Of a DNA stretch of 64,000 nt, positions 37,902-46,821 are shown piece after piece. The position numbers and the translations under genes are program-made. The notes under the pieces are model-generated. The model was not told the origin of the DNA. It made no database searches and saw only the letters and a program-made list of their open reading frames with translations. The stretch is from Candidatus Latescibacterota bacterium (lineage in GTDB: Bacteria; Latescibacterota; UBA2968; UBA8231). Location: assembly GCA_965200315.1 (NCBI GenBank), contig OZ241362.1, positions 5,216,001 to 5,280,000 of the forward strand, read 5' to 3'. Numbering within the stretch: the stretch's first letter is position 1; every line of letters starts with the position of its first letter.

Positions 37902-39455
37902 ATGTGGCGACTGTGGGTGTTGGTATTGGTCGGCCCGGTGTGGGCACAAGAGGATTTGGGTGAAGAGGACGCGGGCTATTTGGAGCAGCGGTTGGACGAC
38001 TTGGGAGGGCTGGACGCGGCAGCCGTGCGGTGGCGGGTGCGCGGGGCCGAAGCGGCTCAGGAGCAGTGGCAGTTGTATCAGCGGGTGGAGGTCGCGCCGG
38101 TTAGCGGACAGGCGTTTTTTGGCTTGGCCGAGCGCGATCGAGGCGAGTCCGGGTGGAGCGATTTTAGGACGTTTTACTACGCGGTGCAGAGGCGGCGGTC
38201 CGAATGGGTCGTCGGTGACCTGCGGCCCGGCACGGGTGCGGGCTTGGTGTTTGGGCGCAACCGACGCGGGAGTATTGCGCCGAGGATGCCGGCGGGAGAC
38301 AGCAAGCGCTTGGGGTATCGCTCCAGCGGGGAGAATCACGCCCTGCGCGGGGCGGCGTGGCGCTACGAGGGGCAGGCGTGGAGTGGGATGCTGATTGGGG
38401 GTTGGGCGCGGCGGGATGGACGCTTGGACGAACAGGGGCAGGTGCGGTCGCTGCCCGAGAGCGGCTATCACGTGACCGCGACCGAGGTGGCTGGCCGCGA
38501 CCTGCTGGGCCTCCGCGCTGGCGGCGGCCGGCTGCACTGGCGCGGCGAGCATTGGCAGGCGGGCACATCCCTGCTGGCCTTGGACTTTTCTCACCATATT
38601 GACTTGCGCCGGAATGGGCGGACGCCTTGGGGCTTTGTCGGCGACGAGCAGCGCATGGGGGCCGTGGACGTGCGCGTGGATTGGGAGCGGGGCCGTGCGG
38701 CGTTGGCGTTGGCTGGCGATGGGGTGGGGCACTGGGGGATGGTCGGGGCCCTGCGAGTGCGGTATGGGGGGCTGCGCATGCGGACGCTGGGCCGCTACTA
38801 TGCGCCGGGATTCCACAGCTTCTTTGGCGCAGCTTCAGGGACCTCGGCGATGCAGAACGAACAGGGCGTCGTCGCCGAGGTCCGCGGGCGGGGCTGGCAC
38901 GGCTACGTGGATGTGTACCGCCGGCCCGCGCGCTCCTACTTCATACCAGTGCCGGCCACGTATGCGACTTGGGGGGGCGAACTGCGGCGGCGGTTGGGCC
39001 ACGTCTGGGCGGTGCGCGGGCAGTGGCAACGACGCCTGCGGCCCTACTGGACGGACGAGCGATTGACTCAAGAGCGCAGCCACAAGTGGCGGCTAGACGT
39101 GGACCGGGGGCCGTGGCGCTGGCGCGGCGAATGGGTGCGCTGGCACCGCGCCAACCGCGCCGAGTGGGGCCTGTTGGGCAGCGTGCGGTTTAAGGTGCGC
39201 TGGCTGACCTTACACGTGAGCCGCTTCCGCACGGACTCGTACTGGACGCGGATTTACGAATACGAGGTGGCTCTGCCCGGGGCCGTGAGCATTCGCTCGC
39301 TCTACGGCACGGGCTGGCGCGGCTACGCGCTGGTGGAGATCGCCTATCGCGGCTGGCGGCTGAGCGTCCGCTACCGCATCCAGCGCGACCAGCAGTTGAG
39401 GCACTACAGCGGAGTCCAGATCGACTGGACCCGAGGCCATATTGACAAGCGCTAG
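37902..39455 (+). CDS. Putative outer-membrane beta-barrel protein related to the C-terminal part of ComEA/HhH-associated proteins
   Basis: Signal peptide, alternating aromatic strands, G.GLVFG, GYHVTATE, F.TDSY.TRIYEYE...YG.G.R.Y motifs; RBS AAGGAGG. Confidence 0.55.
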   Translation: MWRLWVLVLVGPVWAQEDLGEEDAGYLEQRLDDLGGLDAAAVRWRVRGAEAAQEQWQLYQRVEVAPVSGQAFFGLAERDRGESGWSDFRTFYYAVQRRRSEWVVGDLRPGTGAGLVFGRNRRGSIAPRMPAGDSKRLGYRSSGENHALRGAAWRYEGQAWSGMLIGGWARRDGRLDEQGQVRSLPESGYHVTATEVAGRDLLGLRAGGGRLHWRGEHWQAGTSLLALDFSHHIDLRRNGRTPWGFVGDEQRMGAVDVRVDWERGRAALALAGDGVGHWGMVGALRVRYGGLRMRTLGRYYAPGFHSFFGAASGTSAMQNEQGVVAEVRGRGWHGYVDVYRRPARSYFIPVPATYATWGGELRRRLGHVWAVRGQWQRRLRPYWTDERLTQERSHKWRLDVDRGPWRWRGEWVRWHRANRAEWGLLGSVRFKVRWLTLHVSRFRTDSYWTRIYEYEVALPGAVSIRSLYGTGWRGYALVEIAYRGWRLSVRYRIQRDQQLRHYSGVQIDWTRGHIDKR

Positions 39456-39532
39456 CGGCGCAGATAATTTGAAACATGCCCCCGGTAGAAGTCTTTATAT
39501 CTATTAACGTTTCCAGCAGTTAAAGCATCCGC

Positions 39533-40372
39533 ATGAACGGTCCCGACCCCTATAAAGACTTCACTGATCGCCTGAAGCTGTTAATCAGCAAACACCCAGA
39601 TTTGATCGCGACCACGCTCAGCAATGTCTTTACCATGCGTCTTATTGGGAACAAAACACACGGCGACTTGGCAGAGATAGCAATTGCCGAATTCATCGAT
39701 CAATACATGTACGATTTCCGTTCTATTCACGTCGGCAAAGATCTTTATCGAGCAAATCAAAAGAGGAGGATATTAAGATCATCAACGAAGTTACCAAAGC
39801 TGAGTTTCCGGTCAGCCTTAAGGCGTACGGGGATGGTCCTCTTCAGCTTTCCACCGACAAGAACTTCCGCATGTTTCCGCGGTTAGAAAAAGAGGGGCCT
39901 GAAGTAAAGGGGCGCATGGCGGTGCAAAAATTTTGCAAGACCCTGCATTTGTTGAGTTTCGCAATATTAACGTACTGCCGCTTATCTACGACGAAGAGCA
40001 TCAACGATATAACATTCTCGTATTCGACTACAACCGTGCAATGAGTGAAACTGCTCACATTGCGAAAGAGGTGGGAGGAAAAGGCAGAAAGCACCCTGTA
40101 TATCGCTTTTACAATATCGCTGGAGACTACATTTGCGCTATGGCGATGCCACGGCAAACGCTCTGCAACGCGGCCTATGGACTCACACCAAGAATGGATT
40201 GAGCTATTTCGAGAGCATCACTCGAGGATGGATCGACTATTCATACAACCCGTTACTCGTCAAGCTATTTTCTCATGCACTGGTGTCGTCCCTGACTGGA
40301 CACACAGCGGCCTTGGCAGAAATTAAAAAAGATATGGCGCGATTGCAGCGCGGATCGGGGATAGCAACATGA
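39533..40372 (+). pseudogene. Frameshifted putative type II restriction endonuclease
   Basis: Consecutive fragments in different frames (HGDLAEIAIAEF; EEDIKI...VSLKAYGDGPLQLSTDK; NVLPLIYDE; YGDATANALQRGLWT); ATGA-coupled to an adenine MTase. Confidence 0.65.
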
Positions 40373-40949
40373 CGCAACTGCCGCTCTTTGGCGATATCGT
40401 CGTAGAGGTCCCTCACACAGAGGGCATCAAGTACGCCGGGTCCAAGTTGAAGCTGCTCCCACACATCTTGCAGATGGTTGAAAAAGTGGGAGCTAAGACC
40501 ATTTTGGATGGGTTTTCTGGCACGACGCGCGTATCGCAGGCCCTCGTTCAGCGTGGCTATACGGTTATCTGCAACGACATTGCCGCGTGGTCCAAAGTGT
40601 TTGGCTCGTGCTATCTGCTCAACAAGAAGAAACGCGAGGAATACCAATCGCTTATCGATCACCTCAATGCCATGCCGCCAGTGGATGGGTGGTTCACTCA
40701 GCACTACGGAGGACAGCCTAATGGCGACATCCAGCGCGTTGGACGATCCTGTCCTATAGTTCGGGCGGCCGGGCAACAGCCCGAGAATTGGACGACGTCC
40801 TGAGAAGGCACGGCAGGCTTTTAGACGTGGTCGAGATCGAATACAAGAAGAACGTCATGGCGGGAATGAAGTGGACGTATGAATGGACGCGCGATGCAAG
40901 CGAGGCGAATCGCGAATTCTTGTTTTTACTCGAAAAGCAAGCCGCTTAA
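40369..40949 (+). pseudogene. DNA adenine methyltransferase with large internal deletion
   Basis: N-terminal KYAGSKLKLL, DGFSGTTRVS, ND. The C-terminus (ILSYSSGGRAT...EFLFLLEKQAA*, stop 40947-40949) follows in another frame. The catalytic DPPY region is absent. Confidence 0.78.
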
Positions 40950-40968
40950 TCCGCCCCACCTGAGTTTG

Positions 40969-43638
40969 ATGCTTAAATTCGTTGCCAAAATCGCCCTCGT
41001 CGCCCTCGTCGCCCTCATCGCCGCAGAAGTCGGCGCGGCCCCCCTGCAAGACGTCGTCCCCTCAACCGGGCACATCCACGCCCTGACCATCTTCGCGCAT
41101 TTTGCTGATGAAGGCGGCTTGGGCCGTGCGGTCCCGTCTTTTGCGGCGAAGATTTTCGCCGAGCAGCCGGGCAGCCTAACCCACTTCTTCCGCGAGATGT
41201 CGCGCGGGCAGTTTGAACTCACCGGCGAGGTGCTGCCCCGCTGGTACGCGTCCCGCAGCAATGCCGCGGTGTACGCGGGCGCAGAAGGCGGGTATGGTCG
41301 CTTTGCCCGCGAGATAATTCAGGCCGTTGATGCCGACGTGGACTTTAGCCGCTACGACAACGACGGCCCCGACGGGGTGCCCAACTCCGGCGACGACGAT
41401 GGGTACGTGGATTTTATTTTTATCATCTCGGCCTCGACCCCAACGGGCTTTATCGTCGAAGAGGCCACAGGTATTGCTCGGCTCGGATTGGGCAACGATT
41501 TTGTGAGCCAAGACCGCGCCCTCCGCGGCGGTTTCATCCGGGTCGGCTCGAACAAAGGTGCTGTCCAGCGCGGCCGGTCTTTTGTCGAGTCCGTAGGCAG
41601 CATGGCCCACGAGTTTGGGCACGTTATCGGCCTGCCCGACCTGTACGACCGCGATCTTGGATCCGAGCCGGACCACGACTCGGGGGGCATTGGCTATTGG
41701 GGCTTGATGGGGCACGGCAATCGCGGCTGGGGCGAGGTAGATGGCCCCAACCCCTTCTGCGCGTGGAGTTTGGGGCAACTCGGCTGGCTGGGGGTAAACA
41801 ACCAACAGCTCAAAGTGCTGAGCGAGGACCAAAACGACGTGGTTTTTGCCGATGTCAACGCGGGTGGCGATGTGTATTTGCTGCCCGCGCCCGCGCCCGC
41901 CGAGCACTTTTTTCTCGTGGAGTTCCGCAGCCGGCAGCACAGCTACTACGAGCGCAATCTGCCCGGTGAAGGCTTGCTGATCTGGCGCATAAATCCCACT
42001 CGCTACGGCAATAATATGGAAGCCATCAAACAGGTGGACTTAGTGTGTGCCGATGGGCTTTTTAGGGATGCGGGCTTCCCCTTAGGCCGCGCGACAGCCC
42101 CGTTTAATGGTCGCGACAACCTCGACTTTTGGGCGCACGATGTGCGCTATCGCACGGATTTTGGCGGCAACCTTGGAGACGCCACCGACGTGTTTGACGG
42201 CGAGCAATTTACCGACTTCTGGGCCGCGTCCAACCCGGCGTCCACGACGGGGATTAGCGTGACTAATATCCGCCGTGCGGGCGATCGGATGGTGGCCGAT
42301 CTGAAGCTGCAAGACCGCCGTCGCGCCGGTCCGATTGCCGACATGGAAATCTGGCGCGACCGCATTGAAATCGTCGGCGACGTGACCGTTTTGCCCGGCG
42401 GGCACCTCGATGTCAGCGCTGGTGCGCAGGTGCAGGTGGGGCCGGACGCGCTGGCTGCGGGTGCGGATACGGCCCGCGTGGAACTGATAGTGTACGGCGA
42501 TCTCTTCATCGGCGTTTCGGGGCAGGGGCAAACCGCCTTCCACTCGGCCGCCGCCGACCCGCAGCCTGGAGATTGGCACGGCATCGTGCTGCACCCCACT
42601 GCCACGGCCTATTTGCGCAGCGTCTTCATCGACCATGCCCACTATGGCCTATTGTCCGAGGAAATCGGCCACACTATTACCTTGGAAGATGTGACGATCC
42701 GCCACCCCAGTGCGGACGGCATTCGCTTAGAAAAGGTCGAAGAGGAGATTCTCTTCGAGCGCGTACACGTCGAGGAAGCAGGTGGAGTGGGGATTTGGAT
42801 CGCTGGCCCAGGCTTGACGCGGATAAACCAAGCTGAACTACGCGACAATGGCCGCGCTGGCCTCTGGCGCGAGGGCGGATTTTTGTCGTTGCTCGATACC
42901 CGTTTCAACACCAACGGCTCGGGTGCGCCTGAGGAAGCCAACTTGGTCTTGGGGCGGGGGACCAGCGGCAAGGTGGCGGGCAATTCGTTTACCGGTGGGA
43001 TTGGGATTTACTGTGTGGAGACGCGAGAAGTCGAAATTGAGGGCAACGTGCTGTACAATCACGAAGTTGGCCTTTGGACTAGAAATGCGCGCCCGCGCAT
43101 TGTGCGCAATCGATTTTTCCGCAATGCGTTGGCCCTGCGGATGGAGGGGAGCGTGGTACCGACACGGCTGGTTTTGAACGGCGTCCAAGAGGGTGAGCAA
43201 TTGATCGACAACCAAACAAATCAACCGTTGCAGGCAATTAACAATTGGTGGGGGAACGAGGACGAGAGCTGGATTGCAGCCCGGATCAGCGGCGATGTCA
43301 ACTGGCGGCCCTTCCTCAACTTCGACCCGCGCATGCCATTGGACTTTGCCTTGGGGCAGAATTACCCCAACCCGTTCAACGTGGGTACGCAAATCGACTA
43401 TCAGATTGGGATCAACGACCCCATTGTCGCTGGCCAGACCATGGTCGAGCTGGAAGTCCGCACCTTGACCGGCGGTTTGGTGCGGCACTTGGTGGAGGGG
43501 CTGGCGGCGCCGGGGTTGTACAGCACTTCTTGGGATGGCCGCGACGAGCGGGGCGAGCGCGTGGCCAGCGGCATGTATTATTATATATTGCGCGTCGGGC
43601 CGATCTCCCGCGCTAATAAGATGATTTTTATCAAATGA
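40969..43638 (+). CDS. Second secreted M6 metalloprotease with beta-helix and FlgD-Ig C-terminal domain
   Basis: Signal peptide from MLKFVAK (40969), HEFGHVIGLPDLY, WGLMG, QNYPNPFN...WDGRDERGERVASGMYYY. Confidence 0.9.
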   Translation: MLKFVAKIALVALVALIAAEVGAAPLQDVVPSTGHIHALTIFAHFADEGGLGRAVPSFAAKIFAEQPGSLTHFFREMSRGQFELTGEVLPRWYASRSNAAVYAGAEGGYGRFAREIIQAVDADVDFSRYDNDGPDGVPNSGDDDGYVDFIFIISASTPTGFIVEEATGIARLGLGNDFVSQDRALRGGFIRVGSNKGAVQRGRSFVESVGSMAHEFGHVIGLPDLYDRDLGSEPDHDSGGIGYWGLMGHGNRGWGEVDGPNPFCAWSLGQLGWLGVNNQQLKVLSEDQNDVVFADVNAGGDVYLLPAPAPAEHFFLVEFRSRQHSYYERNLPGEGLLIWRINPTRYGNNMEAIKQVDLVCADGLFRDAGFPLGRATAPFNGRDNLDFWAHDVRYRTDFGGNLGDATDVFDGEQFTDFWAASNPASTTGISVTNIRRAGDRMVADLKLQDRRRAGPIADMEIWRDRIEIVGDVTVLPGGHLDVSAGAQVQVGPDALAAGADTARVELIVYGDLFIGVSGQGQTAFHSAAADPQPGDWHGIVLHPTATAYLRSVFIDHAHYGLLSEEIGHTITLEDVTIRHPSADGIRLEKVEEEILFERVHVEEAGGVGIWIAGPGLTRINQAELRDNGRAGLWREGGFLSLLDTRFNTNGSGAPEEANLVLGRGTSGKVAGNSFTGGIGIYCVETREVEIEGNVLYNHEVGLWTRNARPRIVRNRFFRNALALRMEGSVVPTRLVLNGVQEGEQLIDNQTNQPLQAINNWWGNEDESWIAARISGDVNWRPFLNFDPRMPLDFALGQNYPNPFNVGTQIDYQIGINDPIVAGQTMVELEVRTLTGGLVRHLVEGLAAPGLYSTSWDGRDERGERVASGMYYYILRVGPISRANKMIFIK

Positions 43639-45194
43639 AAATCGAGGCGGATTATCTCGTTCTCGGCAGCGGTATTGCCGGTTTGTTCTTTGCTCTCAAG
43701 GCTGCTCAGCACGGCTCCGTAGCCGTAGTGACCAAGCACGAGCGGCGCGAGTCCAATACGCAATACGCGCAAGGGGGCATTGCCGCCGCCATGGATGCGG
43801 CTGATTCAGTCGCTAGCCACACACAGGACACGCTCGCGGCAGGCGCGGGCCTGTGCGACCGCACGGTCGTCGAAGGGGTGGTGGCCGAAGGGCCGGAGGT
43901 GGTGGCCGAATTGCTGGCAATTGGTGCGGAGTTCAACCAAGCGCGGCCTAGGGTGTTGGCGCTGGGGCGCGAAGGGGGCCATGCCCATGCGCGGGTCGTA
44001 CACGCGGACGACACGACCGGCCGCGAAGTTACGCGAGCCTTGGTCTCAGCCGTGCAAGCACTGCCGCAAGTGACCTTGTACGATCACCATCTGGCTATAG
44101 ACTTAATCGTAGATGAGCAACGGCGTTGTCTCGGGGCTTGGGTATTGGATTCGCAGCAAGCCGATCCCATCGCTGCAATGGCGCCGGTTACGCTGCTGGC
44201 CACGGGTGGCTGTGGGCAGGCTTTTTTGCACACCACCAATCCGCGCGTAGCTTCTGGCGATGGGGTCGCTATGGCGTGGCGGGCTGGCGCGAGGGTGGGC
44301 AACATGGAGTTTATGCAGTTCCACCCGACCATGCTCTACGATCCGGGGCGCCCATCGTTCTTGATTACCGAGGCTTTGCGCGGGTTTGGTGCCGTGCTGA
44401 TCGACGAGCGCGGCGCGGCGTTCACCGATCCGTTGCAGACGCGCGATGTGGTGTCGCGGGCCATTGTCGCGCAGATGCAGCAAAGCGGTGCCGAGTGCGT
44501 CTATTTGGATGTCACCGGCCAAGATGCCGACCAGACCCGCCGCCGCTTTCCCAACATCTATCGGCATTGTCTGGGGATGGGAGTAGAAATGACCAAGACG
44601 CCGATCCCGGTGGTGCCGGCGGCCCACTATAGTTGCGGTGGGGTGTGGACGGACGCGCACGGCCAGACGGATATCGCGGGTCTATACGCGGCCGGCGAGG
44701 TGGCTATGAGTGGGTTTCAAGGGGCCAATCGGCTGGCGAGTAATTCGCTGTTGGAAGGGTTGGTTTTTGCGCGCCGTGCGGCCGAGTACGCCCGTGCTGT
44801 CGCGCCCGTGGCTGGGGGTCGGTTCGAGATGGAGCAGGCGGGTGATGCTGTTGCGCCTGCTGAGCTGGAGGAGCGGCGGGAGTGGCTGCGGCGCTTGATG
44901 TGGGACGAAGTGGGGATCGTGCGCAGCGACTGCGGCTTGGCGCAGGCTCAGCAGGAGACGGAGCGGCTGGCGCGAGAAGTTGAAGCGTTGTACAGCAGTC
45001 AGCGGCTCGACGCCGAGCTTGTCCAGCTACGCAGCTTGGCGACCGTGGCTCAGCTCATTGCCCGCTCGGCGCGGCAGCGCTTGGAAAGCCGCGGCGTCCA
45101 CTACAACTGCGACCATCCCGTACGCGACGATGCCCGCTGGCAGCGGCCGACGCTGTTGGTGAGGGATCGGGCCGCGGCGTCAAAAATACACTAA
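43635..45194 (+). CDS. nadB: L-aspartate oxidase
   Basis: GSGIAG, AQGGIA, REGGH, QFHPT, LITEALRG, PAAHYSCGG, GANRLASNSLLE. Confidence 0.95.
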   Translation: MKIEADYLVLGSGIAGLFFALKAAQHGSVAVVTKHERRESNTQYAQGGIAAAMDAADSVASHTQDTLAAGAGLCDRTVVEGVVAEGPEVVAELLAIGAEFNQARPRVLALGREGGHAHARVVHADDTTGREVTRALVSAVQALPQVTLYDHHLAIDLIVDEQRRCLGAWVLDSQQADPIAAMAPVTLLATGGCGQAFLHTTNPRVASGDGVAMAWRAGARVGNMEFMQFHPTMLYDPGRPSFLITEALRGFGAVLIDERGAAFTDPLQTRDVVSRAIVAQMQQSGAECVYLDVTGQDADQTRRRFPNIYRHCLGMGVEMTKTPIPVVPAAHYSCGGVWTDAHGQTDIAGLYAAGEVAMSGFQGANRLASNSLLEGLVFARRAAEYARAVAPVAGGRFEMEQAGDAVAPAELEERREWLRRLMWDEVGIVRSDCGLAQAQQETERLAREVEALYSSQRLDAELVQLRSLATVAQLIARSARQRLESRGVHYNCDHPVRDDARWQRPTLLVRDRAAASKIH

Positions 45195-45284
45195 CGCTGC
45201 TACTTCATCTAATAGACCCCGGACGTAAATCAGTGTTAGGGACAACAAGAGCGCGTCCGTTCGTTCCGGGCGCTCATTGGCCAC

Positions 45285-46559
45285 CTAGGCTTTCGCCACG
45301 CGGTGCCAACACCAGCCGAGCAAGAGCAGCCCCAACCCGCTGAGCCAGATCGTGCGCTCGACGAAAAACGCCAATCCGAGACAGGCGATTAGGCCCACTA
45401 TGGCTATCCACCGGGGGTAGAGCCGTTGGGCGGCTGGCAAGCGCAGGGCGCAGAAGTTGGTGATGGCGTAATAGACCAGAATGGTGAAGGCGCTAAAGGA
45501 CCAAGTGGTCTTGATGTTGCCTATGAGGACCAGCCCGGCGATGGCCAGCCCGACGACCACCACGGCAATAGAGGGCGTAGTCTGAGCCCGATTGAGACGG
45601 GCAAGCACCCGGGGCATATCCCCGCGGCGGCCCATAGCGAGCAGGACCCGCGATAGACCGAGGATTAGGTTGAGCAGTACCCCGGCCATAGCGGTGATCG
45701 CTCCCAAGGCTAGGAGCCAAGAGACGCCGGGCGCACCAAAGTTCTCGGCGATGACCTTTAGGGGAGCGGCTTTCTCCATCGTGGCCGCGTAAAATGCCTC
45801 CGACCCTACGGAGGCTATGGCGATGGCACCGACGCCGATGTAGAACATCATGGCGATGAGCAGCGCGGCGACGATGGCGCGGGGGATCGTCTGGCGGGGT
45901 TGGCGCACTTCTTCGCCGAGCGTGGCGATGCGACCGTAGCCTGTATAGGCAACGAACATCAGGGCGCTGGCTTGCAACAGGGCCGACCCGCTTTGGTCCC
46001 CCAAGAAAGGGGTCAGGTGCAGGTTGTGCAGGGCGCTAGGCGTACCGGCGATGACGAAGGCGAGTAGCGAGCAAAGCGTCGCGGCGACGATGGCGATGTT
46101 GACCTTGTTGGTGCGGTTGATGCCCAAGAGGGCGATGAGGGTGAGTGCCAGCACGGCGGCCAAGGCACCCGGGGTAATAGATGCGGCCTGATCTAGCGAG
46201 TTGAGCAGGTAGCCGGCTAGTCCGAGTGCCGCAGTGGCCGCAGTCGCGCTCTTGGCGCAGATGAACATCCACCCGGCGGTAAAGCCGATGGCTGGTGAAG
46301 CGTACTCATAGCCGTACTGGTAGGTGCCGCCGCTGAGCGGATGGCTGGCGGCTAGCTGGGCGCTAGACAGGCCGTTGCAGAGGGCGACCAGCGCCGCGAT
46401 GGCAATGGCGACGAGGACCGCCGGGCCAGCGATGCCAGCGCCAATCCCAATACTGACAAAGACGCCGGTGCCGACGATCGAACCCAAGCCGAGGGCAATG
46501 GTGCCGATTAGGCCCAACTCGGGACGCAGGCGTGCGGATGGGGTGGGTGTGGAAGTCAT
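45285..46559 (-). CDS. APC family amino acid permease
   Basis: GSIVGTGVF, FVAYTGY, EEVRQP; about 12 hydrophobic segments. Confidence 0.92.
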   Translation of the reverse strand: MTSTPTPSARLRPELGLIGTIALGLGSIVGTGVFVSIGIGAGIAGPAVLVAIAIAALVALCNGLSSAQLAASHPLSGGTYQYGYEYASPAIGFTAGWMFICAKSATAATAALGLAGYLLNSLDQAASITPGALAAVLALTLIALLGINRTNKVNIAIVAATLCSLLAFVIAGTPSALHNLHLTPFLGDQSGSALLQASALMFVAYTGYGRIATLGEEVRQPRQTIPRAIVAALLIAMMFYIGVGAIAIASVGSEAFYAATMEKAAPLKVIAENFGAPGVSWLLALGAITAMAGVLLNLILGLSRVLLAMGRRGDMPRVLARLNRAQTTPSIAVVVVGLAIAGLVLIGNIKTTWSFSAFTILVYYAITNFCALRLPAAQRLYPRWIAIVGLIACLGLAFFVERTIWLSGLGLLLLGWCWHRVAKA

Positions 46560-46705
46560 GCGATCAAATCAAATATAGTCTGGCGGTTCGCTCGCATCCT
46601 ATCAGTCCGTTTACTAACAGCGAAAAAGCCAACGCGCCTTGACTATGTACTTAAAGCCCCTTTACGTACTATTTACCACTCATTAACCAACTGCGGGAAG
46701 AAATC

Positions 46706-46804
46706 ATGATCCGAATATCATCATTTGTTCTAGTTGCGATGGGGCTGCTCGGTGGAGCAGAAAAAGCTGCTGCTACCGCAAGGAATATAGTAGAGGTAGC
46801 CTGA
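46706..46804 (+). pseudogene. Signal-peptide-only remnant (possibly a fasciclin-domain protein N-terminus)
   Basis: MIRISSFVLVAMGLLGGAEKAAATARNIVEVA*: a signal peptide followed by NIVEVA and an immediate stop. Confidence 0.4.
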
Positions 46805-46821
46805 AAGGGCAGGTGTAAACC

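Noticed and set aside
40854-40870. GTCATGGCGGGAATGA resembling a dRS3/REP repeat
   Set aside because: It lies in-frame within the MTase C-terminal remnant (NVMAGMKW), so it is coding coincidence.
40879-40968. Upstream start for the second M6 protease
   Set aside because: Overlaps the MTase remnant; the signal peptide begins at ATG 40969.
40991-41022. 9-bp tandem repeat (TCGCCCTCG) as a possible phase-variation or CRISPR-like repeat
   Set aside because: In-frame repeat encoding ALVALVALI of the signal peptide; no spacers and no frame effect.
46560-46821. Purine riboswitch upstream of guaA
   Set aside because: No recognisable purine-aptamer core; the region holds an AT-rich promoter-like stretch and a signal-peptide stub.
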